A DNA stretch of 40,595 nucleotides from a virus (lineage: Duplodnaviria; Caudoviricetes). The stretch spans positions 1-40,595 of the IMG/VR virus record IMGVR_UViG_3300049483_000094; one strand, 5' to 3'. The notes under the pieces are model-generated. The model did no database searches and had not been told where the DNA came from. It saw only the letters and a list, made by a program, of their open reading frames with translations. Shown in pieces: positions 24,808 through 34,890 of the stretch (positions are counted from its first letter, which is position 1; each line of letters begins with the position of its first letter). Position numbers and translations under genes: made by a program.

Positions 24808-25236
24808 ATGGCTGAGTATGCTGGTAGTGCGGTAGTGGTGCAGTGGATTCACAGCGGCGGCACGTTGACGCTGAGTGGCGAGACACGGACTTGCACGGTA
24901 ACGCCGTCGATGGACACGATTGACGCAACGGCGGGCAGCGATGTCAACCGCGTATTTCTGCCGTCGTTCTCATCGTGGGACGTAACCTGGGATGGCGTGG
25001 CGCAGGAAAACACCACCGCCGCGACGAGTGGCACGGCTTACGCGCAGGCGTTACAGCCGGGCAAAACGGGCACAATCATCGTCGGGCCATACGGCACGGC
25101 GACGACCAGTCTCAAGTATTCCATGCCCGCGTTTGCAATGGGCGCGGCGATCAGCATTCCATATGCGGACGTGGTGTCGATCAGCGCGGCGTGGAAAACC
25201 AACAGCGGCGGCTCGATGACCGTGGGCGCGTGGTAG
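24808..25236 (+). CDS. Major tail tube protein
   Basis: 142-aa beta-rich protein (DTIDATAGSD, IPYADVV); TAAGGAG RBS; synteny. Confidence 0.75.
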   Translation: MAEYAGSAVVVQWIHSGGTLTLSGETRTCTVTPSMDTIDATAGSDVNRVFLPSFSSWDVTWDGVAQENTTAATSGTAYAQALQPGKTGTIIVGPYGTATTSLKYSMPAFAMGAAISIPYADVVSISAAWKTNSGGSMTVGAW

Positions 25237-25244
25237 GTACTGGT

Positions 25245-25526
25245 ATGACTGACAAAATGGGGATGAGTCAGATCACGCTCAGCGATGGCCGCGATGTGTC
25301 GATAGACCTGCATCGGATCACGATGCGGGAATATCGCGCCATCTTCGCGGATGGTCGGCCACAAGCCGACGAAGATTCGGCCATTGCGAAAGCGTGCGGC
25401 TTGACGCCGGAACAGTTCATAGACCTGCCGCAGCCGGACGCGCGGCGGCTGATTCTGGCATTTATCAAGTTGGCAGCGGAGCCATTAGCCGACCCAAACT
25501 CTCAAAGCGTGTCTACCTCGGACTAA
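25245..25526 (+). CDS. Tail assembly chaperone (gpG-like)
   Basis: Small gene between tube and tape measure ending DPNSQSVSTSD; start is ATG 25245, 25257 or 25263. Confidence 0.75.
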   Translation: MTDKMGMSQITLSDGRDVSIDLHRITMREYRAIFADGRPQADEDSAIAKACGLTPEQFIDLPQPDARRLILAFIKLAAEPLADPNSQSVSTSD

Positions 25527-25711
25527 GCGGCTCGCGTGGTGTGCCGCTGGAATACTGGCGCTGGCGGCTGGTGCGCGAGTTGGGCTGGACGCTGGCCGAG
25601 GTGGATGCGCTGAGTCTGGCTGACTTTCACGAATACCTGCAAGTGACGGACGGCGAGCATAAGGCGCGCAATGATGCGGGTCAAAGGGTAAATACCAAGT
25701 GGCGACGATAA
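25493..25711 (+). CDS. -1 frameshift extension of the tail chaperone (gpGT-like); slippery site CCCAAAC at 25493-25499
   Basis: XXXYYYZ heptamer read C CCA AAC; the -1 frame encodes WRLVRELGWTLAEVDALSL, typical of gpT segments, and lacks a convincing start of its own. Confidence 0.75.
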   Translation, partial: PKLSKRVYLGLSGSRGVPLEYWRWRLVRELGWTLAEVDALSLADFHEYLQVTDGEHKARNDAGQRVNTKWRR

Positions 25712-28149
25712 TCGCATCACTCCTGGCAACGGTCGGGATAGATTCCAGAGAACTAACCAAAGGGCTGAACGAAGCCAAGAAGGAACTTGAGGGCACATCC
25801 AAGCAAGTCAAGGAAACCGCCAAGAACTTCGACTTTGTTAAAACTGCGGCGGTTAGTTTGGCCGTGACCGGCTTCGCCATGATTATCGGTGAAGTCAAAG
25901 CGGCGGTCGATGAGACGGCCAGGTATGCGAAGTCCTCACTTGACCTCGCCTCGGCTTTAGGCATCACCCAACAGGAAGCGCAAAAACTCATTCAAGTCTC
26001 GGATGATGTCGGTATATCCGTCTCGCAGTTGTCTACTGCGTTTGAGATGGCGACCAAGAAAGGCTTTCAGCCGACAGTTGAAAACCTGGCTACCCTTGCC
26101 GACAAAACAAACGCGATGGCCGATCCGACCGAACGGGCCACTTATCTCGCGGGTATCTTCGGGCGCGGTTGGGCGAACATCAGCCCGCTACTTGAAAAGG
26201 GCGGCAACAGCATCCGGGCGGCAGCGGATGAAGCGCAGAATATGGGGCTTATCCTCGATGATAAAGCCAACGCCGCCGCTGAGACATTCAGGCAAAATCT
26301 GGATACACTCAACGATACCTTGACCGGCGTGAAGTATACCATCGGCAGCGCCGTGATTCCGGTCATCAATGATTTGATCACGCTGACCAAGGGCGCATCC
26401 TCGCAGACTGATCTATATGAGCAGGCATTAGCCGCGTTGCGCTTGCGATATGGCGAAAACAGTACACAGGTCAAGGACTTGACCGACCGATACAAAGCGC
26501 ATAATGACGCGGTTGGGATTGTTACGGATAAGACTGTTTTAGCAGCGCGGGCGGCGGCAGAACTTCCACCGCCACTAAAGCAAACAGAGGTTCAGTCAAA
26601 AGAAACCGCCAAGGCCCTGAAAGAATGGGCTGAGTCCACCAAAGCGGGTAGCGAATCATCGTTTGAATTGTCGAAAATCATTCAAGATGATTTGAATAAG
26701 GCGCTACAGGAATCCACGAAGGAGTTTCAAGCCTACTTCAAGACGATTCAAACTGACGTGCTAGGTATCAATGATTACGCCAAGTCTGAGACGGATTTGG
26801 CGAAGAAGCAAAAAGACCTTCAGACAGAACTTGCTAAACTAACCCGCTCGCAGGGCGCGGCCATTTATTCGACCAAGAAGAGCGTTCTGTCAGATAATGA
26901 ACTGCTGAAAGCAAAACTTGACCTAGCTAAAGTCACCGAGGATTTGACCCTTAAGCAGCGCAAGAAGAACGAATCAGACGCCGAGTTTAACGCTCGAATG
27001 CAAGGACTGGTCGTCACTGCCGATAAACTCACGGGCAAAATTGGCGAAACATCCGCAGCAGTGACGGGCTATGTAGACAACAGCAAAAAGATCAAGGAGG
27101 TAACGGCTTCGCTGAAAGAAGTAGAAAACCAGATCGAAGCCAATAAGCAGGCGCACATCGCCGCGACCAAACAATTTGTACTCGACTCAATTGAGCAGCG
27201 GCTGGCGGCAGACGGCGTGATCAGCGACAAGGAACAAGAGGCGCTGATCGGTATCGCACGCGGCTTCGGCCTGATTGATGACAACACTGTCGCGGCGCTG
27301 AGAAGCGCCAACGCTCTATCCTCGGCTTATCTTGAAGGAAAGATCAATGAAGATCAGTTGGTGGTTGGCGCGATCAATCTGTCAAAAGAACTGGCTAATT
27401 GGGGCGTGAGTACGAATGTCACATCGGGGATTATCGCAGCGGAACGCGAGATCGCCAAACTTCATCAGGGCGTTGTGGACTTCGTTGGCGAATCTGATAG
27501 CATGATGAGCGCCAAGCAAAACATTCTCGACGCAGAATCGGCGCAGGCCACGCTTCACGCGGGCGTGGTTGGACTTGGCGAGCAGACCAATACCCGCCTG
27601 TTCTCTGATAAAGTCGCGGCTGATATGGCCTCAGCTATTGCCAATTTCACCTATGCCGAGCGCGAGATAATGAAGTTACACACGCAAACAGCCGGGCTGG
27701 GATCGCAGACGAACACGCAAACATTCGCCAGTAATGTCAAGACTGATATGACCAACACGCAAGAAGGGATCAAGATTGCCATTCAAGCGGCGATGGAATT
27801 GTACGACAGCATCAACAAACTACAGAGCAAAGAGATTCACGTCAAAACCTTCTATGAAGAGATCACGCAGAAAAGCACGCTGCCGCCTCAGCAAGGGCCG
27901 GGCTACGCATCAGGCGCAAATTTCATCGTGCCGCCGGGCTATCCCAACGACACCTTCCCGATGCGCGTCCAGTCGGGCGAGCGCGTGATTGTGCAGCCTG
28001 CCGCCGAAGCCAGCAAGAGCGACAGCGGATCGGGCGTGACGATCAACAACACGATCAACGCTGCGCCGGGAATGGATGCGAACGCGCTGGCGGCCATCGT
28101 CTCACAGCGCATCACGCGCCAACTGCGCGGCGCAAGGGCGGTTAGATGA
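25699..28149 (+). CDS. Tail tape measure protein
   Basis: 816 aa, helical and Ala/Lys-rich; IASLLATVGID N-terminus; C-terminal YASGANFIVPPG...VQSGERV. Confidence 0.9.
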   Translation: MATIIASLLATVGIDSRELTKGLNEAKKELEGTSKQVKETAKNFDFVKTAAVSLAVTGFAMIIGEVKAAVDETARYAKSSLDLASALGITQQEAQKLIQVSDDVGISVSQLSTAFEMATKKGFQPTVENLATLADKTNAMADPTERATYLAGIFGRGWANISPLLEKGGNSIRAAADEAQNMGLILDDKANAAAETFRQNLDTLNDTLTGVKYTIGSAVIPVINDLITLTKGASSQTDLYEQALAALRLRYGENSTQVKDLTDRYKAHNDAVGIVTDKTVLAARAAAELPPPLKQTEVQSKETAKALKEWAESTKAGSESSFELSKIIQDDLNKALQESTKEFQAYFKTIQTDVLGINDYAKSETDLAKKQKDLQTELAKLTRSQGAAIYSTKKSVLSDNELLKAKLDLAKVTEDLTLKQRKKNESDAEFNARMQGLVVTADKLTGKIGETSAAVTGYVDNSKKIKEVTASLKEVENQIEANKQAHIAATKQFVLDSIEQRLAADGVISDKEQEALIGIARGFGLIDDNTVAALRSANALSSAYLEGKINEDQLVVGAINLSKELANWGVSTNVTSGIIAAEREIAKLHQGVVDFVGESDSMMSAKQNILDAESAQATLHAGVVGLGEQTNTRLFSDKVAADMASAIANFTYAEREIMKLHTQTAGLGSQTNTQTFASNVKTDMTNTQEGIKIAIQAAMELYDSINKLQSKEIHVKTFYEEITQKSTLPPQQGPGYASGANFIVPPGYPNDTFPMRVQSGERVIVQPAAEASKSDSGSGVTINNTINAAPGMDANALAAIVSQRITRQLRGARAVR

Positions 28150-30635
28150 CGACCAATCAATCACTGATCATCCGGCGCGGCAATGCGTCCCTCGACCTCA
28201 ATACCGCGCCCTATGCCATCGGCGCGGATTTTGTGCCGCCCGCTGTCTCAGCCAACGCTCAAATCGCAGACGGATCGAGCGCCAACATTTACGGCGGCGG
28301 CGTGCGGTCCAGCGTCAAGTATGCGGATCGGGCGTGGGCGTTTGAAGTGCGAATTAGCGGCACGACCGACACGCAGATCAAACAGGCGACACGCCGTCTC
28401 GCGCAATTCCTGGGCAACCTCAGCGACCAGACGCCGACTTACCTTGAGTACCGCACCAACACCGACACGCCTGCGCCGTTTTACGGGCAATACGGCGCGG
28501 CCTTGCGCTATGAGGTTATCAATGCGACCGTCGAGATGTGGGACACTTACGGCCTGCAATTCACCCGCCAACTCGCGGCGATTGTCACCGTCAACGCGAC
28601 GATCAAACCTTTCGCGCTGGGCAAGCAGCAGGTCATCGGCACGGCGACGGGCGGCATTATCGAGGACTTGACCGGCTCAGCGGATAGCACCTCGCGCGGG
28701 CTGATCGTGGCCGAAGCCACGACGAACAAGATGACCAATCCGGTATTCGGTAACGCAACGTGGAACAACAACTGGTCGGCTGGCTCGTCATTGACCGCCG
28801 CGCAGAACACCGATACCGCGTTCCTGTTGCCCGACACATCCAACAGCGCCAGATTGACGAGCGCCGCGGCAACGAATAACACCTACACGCAATCGATCAA
28901 CGTAGCCAACACCAACAAGCATTCAATATCGGCACTGGTACGTTTGCCTGATGGCGGCGCGGTGAGTGCGACACAATGTCAGTTATATTACGGGGCAGCG
29001 TTGACCACAGTCTATACCGCGCTCGGCAATGGCTGGTATCGGCTCACGTCTGACAACTTCAACGGGGTAGCATCGGCGCGGGCAACAGGGCTGATCGTTG
29101 CCAACGGGTACACTGTCTATCTGGCGGGTTGTCAGATCGAAGAAAAAACCTACAGCACGCCGCTGACCTACGGCGATCAACTCGGCTGCACGTGGACTAG
29201 CACGGCGCACGCCTCGACTAGCACGCGCACGGCGGCAAGTTGGAAGCGCGCCACCACGGATATTCTGCCGTTCGGAGCGTGGTCGGTACGGGTTGTGTTG
29301 CGGACATGGTTCACAAGTACACCGCCTGCATCGTGGTTTGTCTTTGATGCGCGGGACGGTTCACATACTACCGCGCCGTTTCTGTACTATGATTTGGGCG
29401 GAGCGTTTATCCTCTTTTACAACGGGCAGTATTCGATAGTCTATCCGACGTTTTCAGCCGGAGCGATCTATGTTCTGCACGCGGTTTGCGACGGGACGCA
29501 CGTCACGCTCTACACGAACGGGGTAGCGGCATCTGCCAGCGCAGCATTTTCAGCCACGGCTTTCGGAGCAAATCTGTTTATCGGATCGGCCTACGATACC
29601 AGCACGCTGGGCAACCAGACCACGCTCGGCTTTGCCACGTTTGATCAGGCATTGACGGCGACGCAAGTCACCAACGACTATGCCAACATCAGCGCGGCGA
29701 TTGCGGACGGCTCGCGCCTGGAGTGCGTGCCGTGGCTGTGGACTAAAGACGGCGATGCCGTGGTAGATAACTGCCTCGACACGACCGGCAGCACCGGCGC
29801 GCCGCATGATAACTTCTGCGTCGTGGGCGGCGTTGCAGGCAGTGTCCCGGCTGACACTACCATCTATGGAACAATCTACTCCAACTTTGCCACGATTGAA
29901 ACCGTCTGGATCAGCCTGCTATCGGACAAGACTTTCATCAAGCCGGGATCGTATCTGTTCAGCAACATCGGCGGCACAAGCGGCGCGGCCAGCGATTGCG
30001 GCGGCGATTACTATCAAACGTCACTGGCGACAGGCGGCTTGAGTCTGATCGGGAATTACGACACCTCGGATGTGCGGGTGATGCGCGTGCTGGCCGGTCG
30101 TGAGTTGTATTTGTTCAGCCGCATCTATGACGCGGGCAGCGGCCTGGTTCTGGCGGGCTATATCGCGCTCGGCGGATCAACCATCATCTCGCCTTCGCGC
30201 ACGGTGTCATCGGGCGCAAGCAGCCGCCTGTTCAGGACGGACAGTGTTACCGTGCCGGTCGTCAATCGGCTGGTTGATGTGGCGGGTCTTAAACTGGTCA
30301 ACTTTACCGTGCAACTTTACGGGGATCGGGTCGCGGGTTCAACCACCAATAATGTCGCGGTGGACTATATGGCGATAATGCCGCGCCCGCTGGTCGCCAT
30401 CTCGTCAAACTCAACTTATCAATCCTTCGTGATCAACGCCGTCAACGGTCTGATCACGAATACCACCACGGTCGGCAATCTGCCGGGCAGCATCATTGGT
30501 GACGTGATCGCGCTTGAGCCGGATCGGTATAACGTGCTGCAATCGCTGATGAGCGCCGAGGGCACGGCCACGACCGTCACCGACACGCTGACGTATAACG
30601 CGGTGTATATCACGCCGCGCTGGGCGCTGCTATGA
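28146..30635 (+). CDS. Distal tail protein with inserted carbohydrate-binding and LamG-like domains
   Basis: Directly after the tape measure; GLIVAEATTN...GNGWYRL...CQIEEK (CBM-like); HAVCDGTHVTLYTNG...LFIGS...FDQALTATQV (LamG-like). Confidence 0.65.
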   Translation: MTTNQSLIIRRGNASLDLNTAPYAIGADFVPPAVSANAQIADGSSANIYGGGVRSSVKYADRAWAFEVRISGTTDTQIKQATRRLAQFLGNLSDQTPTYLEYRTNTDTPAPFYGQYGAALRYEVINATVEMWDTYGLQFTRQLAAIVTVNATIKPFALGKQQVIGTATGGIIEDLTGSADSTSRGLIVAEATTNKMTNPVFGNATWNNNWSAGSSLTAAQNTDTAFLLPDTSNSARLTSAAATNNTYTQSINVANTNKHSISALVRLPDGGAVSATQCQLYYGAALTTVYTALGNGWYRLTSDNFNGVASARATGLIVANGYTVYLAGCQIEEKTYSTPLTYGDQLGCTWTSTAHASTSTRTAASWKRATTDILPFGAWSVRVVLRTWFTSTPPASWFVFDARDGSHTTAPFLYYDLGGAFILFYNGQYSIVYPTFSAGAIYVLHAVCDGTHVTLYTNGVAASASAAFSATAFGANLFIGSAYDTSTLGNQTTLGFATFDQALTATQVTNDYANISAAIADGSRLECVPWLWTKDGDAVVDNCLDTTGSTGAPHDNFCVVGGVAGSVPADTTIYGTIYSNFATIETVWISLLSDKTFIKPGSYLFSNIGGTSGAASDCGGDYYQTSLATGGLSLIGNYDTSDVRVMRVLAGRELYLFSRIYDAGSGLVLAGYIALGGSTIISPSRTVSSGASSRLFRTDSVTVPVVNRLVDVAGLKLVNFTVQLYGDRVAGSTTNNVAVDYMAIMPRPLVAISSNSTYQSFVINAVNGLITNTTTVGNLPGSIIGDVIALEPDRYNVLQSLMSAEGTATTVTDTLTYNAVYITPRWALL

Positions 30636-32722
30636 ACGATAATCAAATCCGCATCTATGACACCACCAGCGGCACGCCGATTGTCGATCCGCTGGGCCTG
30701 CTGGACCGTGCCGAGGCGATTCAATTTAGCACCGTCTATCCGGGCGGTATCTTCAACACGGCGTCATTTTTCATTCCCTGTGATCCGGTAATGAACAGCC
30801 CGATCAAGCACACGCAGCGGATTGTCATCAGGAACGGCCTAACTACACTTTGGGAGGGCTTTGTCACGTCGATTACGCTGGTCATCGGCAAGGAACGGCG
30901 CGGGCTTGATGTGCAGGCCAGCGGGTATTGGGGGCTGGCCTACAAGCGCACCAAGTACAATCGCTGGATTGACCGCCGCACCTCGTCGGATGTATTCGGC
31001 GTGTGGTATCCCGAAGGCGACGGCGAATTTGACTTCGACCAGAACGGCCAGATCAAGATCACGCCCAAGCAGATCGATTACAACATCGCCAACGTGAAAC
31101 ACCTCAAGTATTTTGTCAACGGAGCTTCGAAGGTCAAGCGCGTCGTGTTCGATTACGACTTCGCTAAAACGTGCGAGACATTGCCCGTTAGGGCGAAGCA
31201 CTACAACGGCTCGACCTACACGGCCAATCTGACGGATATGATCGACGGTGACAACACGACCAGCACGCCGCTGACCATCGCCACCGGGCATTATCTGTAT
31301 ATCGGCCTGCGTGAAGTCGCGGGCATGACGGGCATTCGATTCGTGCTGGGCGCGACGAAGAACGCCAACACTTCGACCATGACGTGCGAGTATTATGGCG
31401 TCGATGCGGCGTGGCACGCGCTGACGATTACGGACGGCACAAGCAGCGGCGGGAAGTCATGGGCACAATCGGGTGAGGTGACGTGGACCGAAATTGACGG
31501 CATGGACGAATCGACCATCAACGGATCGCAGAAATTCTTCTACCTGCGCTTTTCGTGGAGCGCCAATCTAACGGCCAGTATCTATGTCGTCAACGTATAT
31601 CAGCGGCGGGCGCAGAACTGGCAAGTCGGCTTGTACGACTTCAACAATGCCACCTCGCTCTGGACCAGCACCACGGCGGGCACAGGCAGTCAAGATATAA
31701 CGCTCAGTCCATCGACCTCCACGATTGGCTTTTACCTGTGGCCTAAGTCGTCGCAAAAAGTCATCGGCGACGGCATTCATTTGACGATTACCGATCTAGC
31801 GGTGATTGCAGAATCGTGGGATGGTGCGGCCAATACGACCGTCTCAACTATGATCGAGAACTGCGTGCATTATCTGGGAACGCCGTTTCTGGATGATTAC
31901 ACCTACATCGAAAGCAATACCTTCGACCTACTCAGCACCGGCTATGTGGCCGATGACTTGCGCGCTTCGTTGGCCGATCAAATGAACTGGATCGGCGGCT
32001 GGTCGGGGTCTAATGCGCCCTACAGTATCGGCGTGTTGGAGTCGGATGCGGTCGGCGTGGATAACATCTATCCGGTCATATACTACGAACAGTTCCCCAC
32101 GTCGAGCGATTACGAGTACACGGTGCGGCTTGATGAGCAGGCGGTTGACGGATTGGAGTTGGTGTTATCCGCCGATTTGGATACGCTCTACAATGATGGG
32201 CGATTTACATTCACTACGCCCGATGGAAAACAGGACTGGACTAACTATCTGTACGGCAGCGAGCCGCTACTGCTTGATTCAGCCAGCGCCGCTAAATTCT
32301 ACAACCGCCAGATCACCGGCGACCTCGGCACAGCCGCCGATAAACTGCTGGCCGTCACTCGCGGCATTCCGTATGTGCAATATCAGAAAGACGTGGCGTA
32401 TTACATGCGCGCGCCACTATCGCTCGTCGGCACGATTCGCAAGAAGGATGGCACGCCCGTCCCTGTCTCACTTATTCGCGCAGGCCAGCGGATCAGGATT
32501 GAGAACTTCACTGCCGATGTATCAGACGACCCCGGCACAGGCCTAACCTTCCTGATCAGCCGCACGGAATATGATGACGATAGCGGTGTGATAACGGTCA
32601 CGGCGGGCGTGAGTGATGACCTGGCAAATTATCTGGCAAAGGGTGCGCTGATGGCCGCGCCATCCTATCAGTTCTTCACGGTCGGCATTAGCAGCATCGG
32701 CGGCGCGGATCGGTTAAGATAG
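30632..32722 (+). CDS. Tail hub / baseplate protein with inserted beta-sandwich domain
   Basis: LWEGFV...VQASGYW N-terminus; LIRAGQRIRI...FLISRTEYD C-terminus; synteny. Confidence 0.6.
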   Translation: MNDNQIRIYDTTSGTPIVDPLGLLDRAEAIQFSTVYPGGIFNTASFFIPCDPVMNSPIKHTQRIVIRNGLTTLWEGFVTSITLVIGKERRGLDVQASGYWGLAYKRTKYNRWIDRRTSSDVFGVWYPEGDGEFDFDQNGQIKITPKQIDYNIANVKHLKYFVNGASKVKRVVFDYDFAKTCETLPVRAKHYNGSTYTANLTDMIDGDNTTSTPLTIATGHYLYIGLREVAGMTGIRFVLGATKNANTSTMTCEYYGVDAAWHALTITDGTSSGGKSWAQSGEVTWTEIDGMDESTINGSQKFFYLRFSWSANLTASIYVVNVYQRRAQNWQVGLYDFNNATSLWTSTTAGTGSQDITLSPSTSTIGFYLWPKSSQKVIGDGIHLTITDLAVIAESWDGAANTTVSTMIENCVHYLGTPFLDDYTYIESNTFDLLSTGYVADDLRASLADQMNWIGGWSGSNAPYSIGVLESDAVGVDNIYPVIYYEQFPTSSDYEYTVRLDEQAVDGLELVLSADLDTLYNDGRFTFTTPDGKQDWTNYLYGSEPLLLDSASAAKFYNRQITGDLGTAADKLLAVTRGIPYVQYQKDVAYYMRAPLSLVGTIRKKDGTPVPVSLIRAGQRIRIENFTADVSDDPGTGLTFLISRTEYDDDSGVITVTAGVSDDLANYLAKGALMAAPSYQFFTVGISSIGGADRLR

Positions 32723-32736
32723 ATAAAGGATGACCA

Positions 32737-33993
32737 ATGACAGCCAGAGATAAGGCTATACTAAAAGGCTATTTCGAAGATCGGGACGTGCCAACCGGCA
32801 GCCAGTTTGCTGATCTGATCGACAGCACGGCGGTTGTGTCTGAGACAGGGGATATTATAGCCGATGGCAATGTTACCAGTAAGCGGCTGGGCGTGGGTGT
32901 GGCATCGCCAACCGTCAGGGTAGATGTTCTAGACACACTGTCCGGGACGTATGCAACCAGCGCAGCCCTAAAATCTTACATCTTTGACACAAACTACACC
33001 TCGGCATCCAACCTGACCGATTCGGTCAGTAGCATTGTCTCGGCGCAATTTGTCGGGACAATAACTTCAAACGCCAATATCAATAAATTCTATGGCGTGT
33101 TTATGAATCCGCAACATGCCGGAACGGGACACATTAATAATTTATTTGGAGCGGTCTATGAACCGACCAATAACAGCAGCGGCACGATAAGCAATTTGCT
33201 CGGCTTCATCGCGCAACCCATCCAGAACGGCACGGGTTTGGTTGACGCACTCTACGGATTTCAGGCGTCTCCTGCCATTACGAATACGGGAAACGTTACG
33301 CTTCTAAATGGTCTTATTGCGACCTATTCAGCCAGCGCGGCAACTACGATTGGATATTCTACCATTGCGACTATCGGGCGACCGTCGCTGACGGGCGGAG
33401 CAACGGTCACAAACACCCACATCGGGCTATATATTCAAGATCAGTCCGGCATCGGCGGCGTGGCATCATACGCGCTTCAATCAGTCGGCGGCACAGTGTC
33501 ATTTAGCGGTGGCAATGTAGGCGTTGCAACTGGCACACCACAAAATGTATTTGAGGTCTTGCCCGGAAGCAACGGAATGATCAGTGTAGGCAATGGTTAT
33601 TGCGCTGCCGCAGGAAATATCGTCGGTATTCACATTGGATATTTGTCGAGCAGTAATCTAAATTACCGAAAAACTGCGATAGTCTATGAAGGTACGGGCG
33701 ATGGTAACGTGCGCGGTAACTTCCATGTCCTAATGAATAATGATGTTGGCAGTGGAAGTGCTACGCTAGCCGATTCACGTTTGATGATTAATTCGCCCGG
33801 CAGCGTAATGATCGGCACTACGACCGATGGTATGACGGCGGGCGGTTCTCTGGCTATCGCTAAGGATTTGGCGCATCGTGGGACGAAGGTCGGATTTTAC
33901 AATACAACGCCGATTGTGCAGCAGACCGGCGTAGCCGTGACGGCAGCGGGGATTCATGCCGCGCTCGTCAATTTAGGACTAATAACAGCATGA
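32737..33993 (+). CDS. Tail fibre / receptor-binding protein
   Basis: LKGYFEDRDVPTGSQFADLIDS N-terminus; GNVGVATGTP and GSVMIGTT fibre repeats; beta-helix-like G/N/T repeats; VGFYNTTP...LVNLGLI C-terminus. Confidence 0.7.
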   Translation: MTARDKAILKGYFEDRDVPTGSQFADLIDSTAVVSETGDIIADGNVTSKRLGVGVASPTVRVDVLDTLSGTYATSAALKSYIFDTNYTSASNLTDSVSSIVSAQFVGTITSNANINKFYGVFMNPQHAGTGHINNLFGAVYEPTNNSSGTISNLLGFIAQPIQNGTGLVDALYGFQASPAITNTGNVTLLNGLIATYSASAATTIGYSTIATIGRPSLTGGATVTNTHIGLYIQDQSGIGGVASYALQSVGGTVSFSGGNVGVATGTPQNVFEVLPGSNGMISVGNGYCAAAGNIVGIHIGYLSSSNLNYRKTAIVYEGTGDGNVRGNFHVLMNNDVGSGSATLADSRLMINSPGSVMIGTTTDGMTAGGSLAIAKDLAHRGTKVGFYNTTPIVQQTGVAVTAAGIHAALVNLGLITA

Positions 33994-34151
33994 CCGACGA
34001 GCAGATCAGAAAACGCATCGAGGAATTGAAAGCGCAACGTGAGCAGCAGATCGCGCAAGTCAACGTCACGACAGGGGCTATTCTGGCGTTTGAGGAGATG
34101 TTACAGTCCTCCGCTGAGACGGCCCATGTAGCACCCGAAGCGCCCGCATAG
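33990..34151 (+). CDS. 53-aa coiled-coil protein (possible fibre chaperone)
   Basis: Manual translation MTDEQIRKRIEELKAQREQQIAQVNVTTGAILAFEEML...; ATGA overlap. Confidence 0.6.
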   Translation: MTDEQIRKRIEELKAQREQQIAQVNVTTGAILAFEEMLQSSAETAHVAPEAPA

Positions 34152-34473
34152 CCAGCGGCTCGATGCGCGCCCAGCGCACGACCGGATCGTAGGGGCGCGG
34201 CTTGGGGTGGCCCTTGCGGTGAACAGCGCCGCAAATTGGACACGGCGCGACGGTGACGCTATTAAAAGGAAGGCGCAGCCCGTATGCCTCGTTGATCATG
34301 GCGATTAAGTGATCAGATGCGCGCGCTTTGCCTCGCGCAACCTTTGATAGATAGCCGCGATTCATGCCGCCCAATTCGTCGGAAATGTCACGCCATGACT
34401 TTTTACCGTTCTTGTCCGTGTGACGCTCTGCCAGGACTTCCCCTGCATTTCGATACGCTACCCGTTTTGTCAT
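34078..34473 (-). CDS. XRE-like HTH protein with CxxC motif (candidate late regulator)
   Basis: SWRDISDELGGMNRGYLSKVARG (HTH); CPICGAVH; start uncertain (34473 or 34515). Confidence 0.65.
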   Translation of the reverse strand: MTKRVAYRNAGEVLAERHTDKNGKKSWRDISDELGGMNRGYLSKVARGKARASDHLIAMINEAYGLRLPFNSVTVAPCPICGAVHRKGHPKPRPYDPVVRWARIEPLAMRALRVLHGPSQRRTVTSPQTPE

Positions 34474-34525
34474 GCTAAATCGCCCCAAGTGCCTGTTTCC
34501 ACGCGGAAACAGCATATCGTAGAGT

Positions 34526-34747
34526 TTACCCCGTCACGCTCGTCGCCGGCACGTCGTCGCCCGCGCCGTTTGCGCGGCAGACCAGGCATATGCCATTAAC
34601 CCGCTCGCGCCTGATGTGGCACAGACTACATTCGCCGTCATCATGAACGAACGGGCGGCGCTTGCGTGGGTGCGTGTAGGCTCTATCGTTGCCTTCCTGA
34701 CGGGCTGTGCCAACATGCGACACGATCACAATATTGGGGCGGCTCAT
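34526..34747 (-). CDS. Small Zn-finger protein
   Basis: CSLC...CLVC; ATGA overlap with the upstream gene. Confidence 0.6.
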   Translation of the reverse strand: MSRPNIVIVSHVGTARQEGNDRAYTHPRKRRPFVHDDGECSLCHIRRERVNGICLVCRANGAGDDVPATSVTG

Positions 34748-34890
34748 GGCTGGGCCTCGATTTGCTTGCGCCTGTACTCATGCTCGCGGACACGCGCCAT
34801 CCTCGCGGCTGCGCTGCACGGCCCTTGCGGGCGCAGGCGCGGGCGATGGCTGAAACGGGTGACAAGTCGGATCCAAATGTACTTAAGCAT
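34744..34890 (-). CDS. 48-aa basic hypothetical protein
   Basis: Manual translation MLKYIWIRLVTRFSHRPRLRPQG...; GGAG RBS; overlaps both neighbours. Confidence 0.55.
   Translation of the reverse strand: MLKYIWIRLVTRFSHRPRLRPQGPCSAAARMARVREHEYRRKQIEAQP

Noticed and set aside
28146-33993. Diversity-generating retroelement acting on tail genes
   Set aside because: No reverse transcriptase, and no template/variable repeat pair differing at adenines was seen
3177-34151. Stop-codon reassignment
   Set aside because: Long genes are intact in the standard code, and TAA, TAG and TGA all end coupled genes
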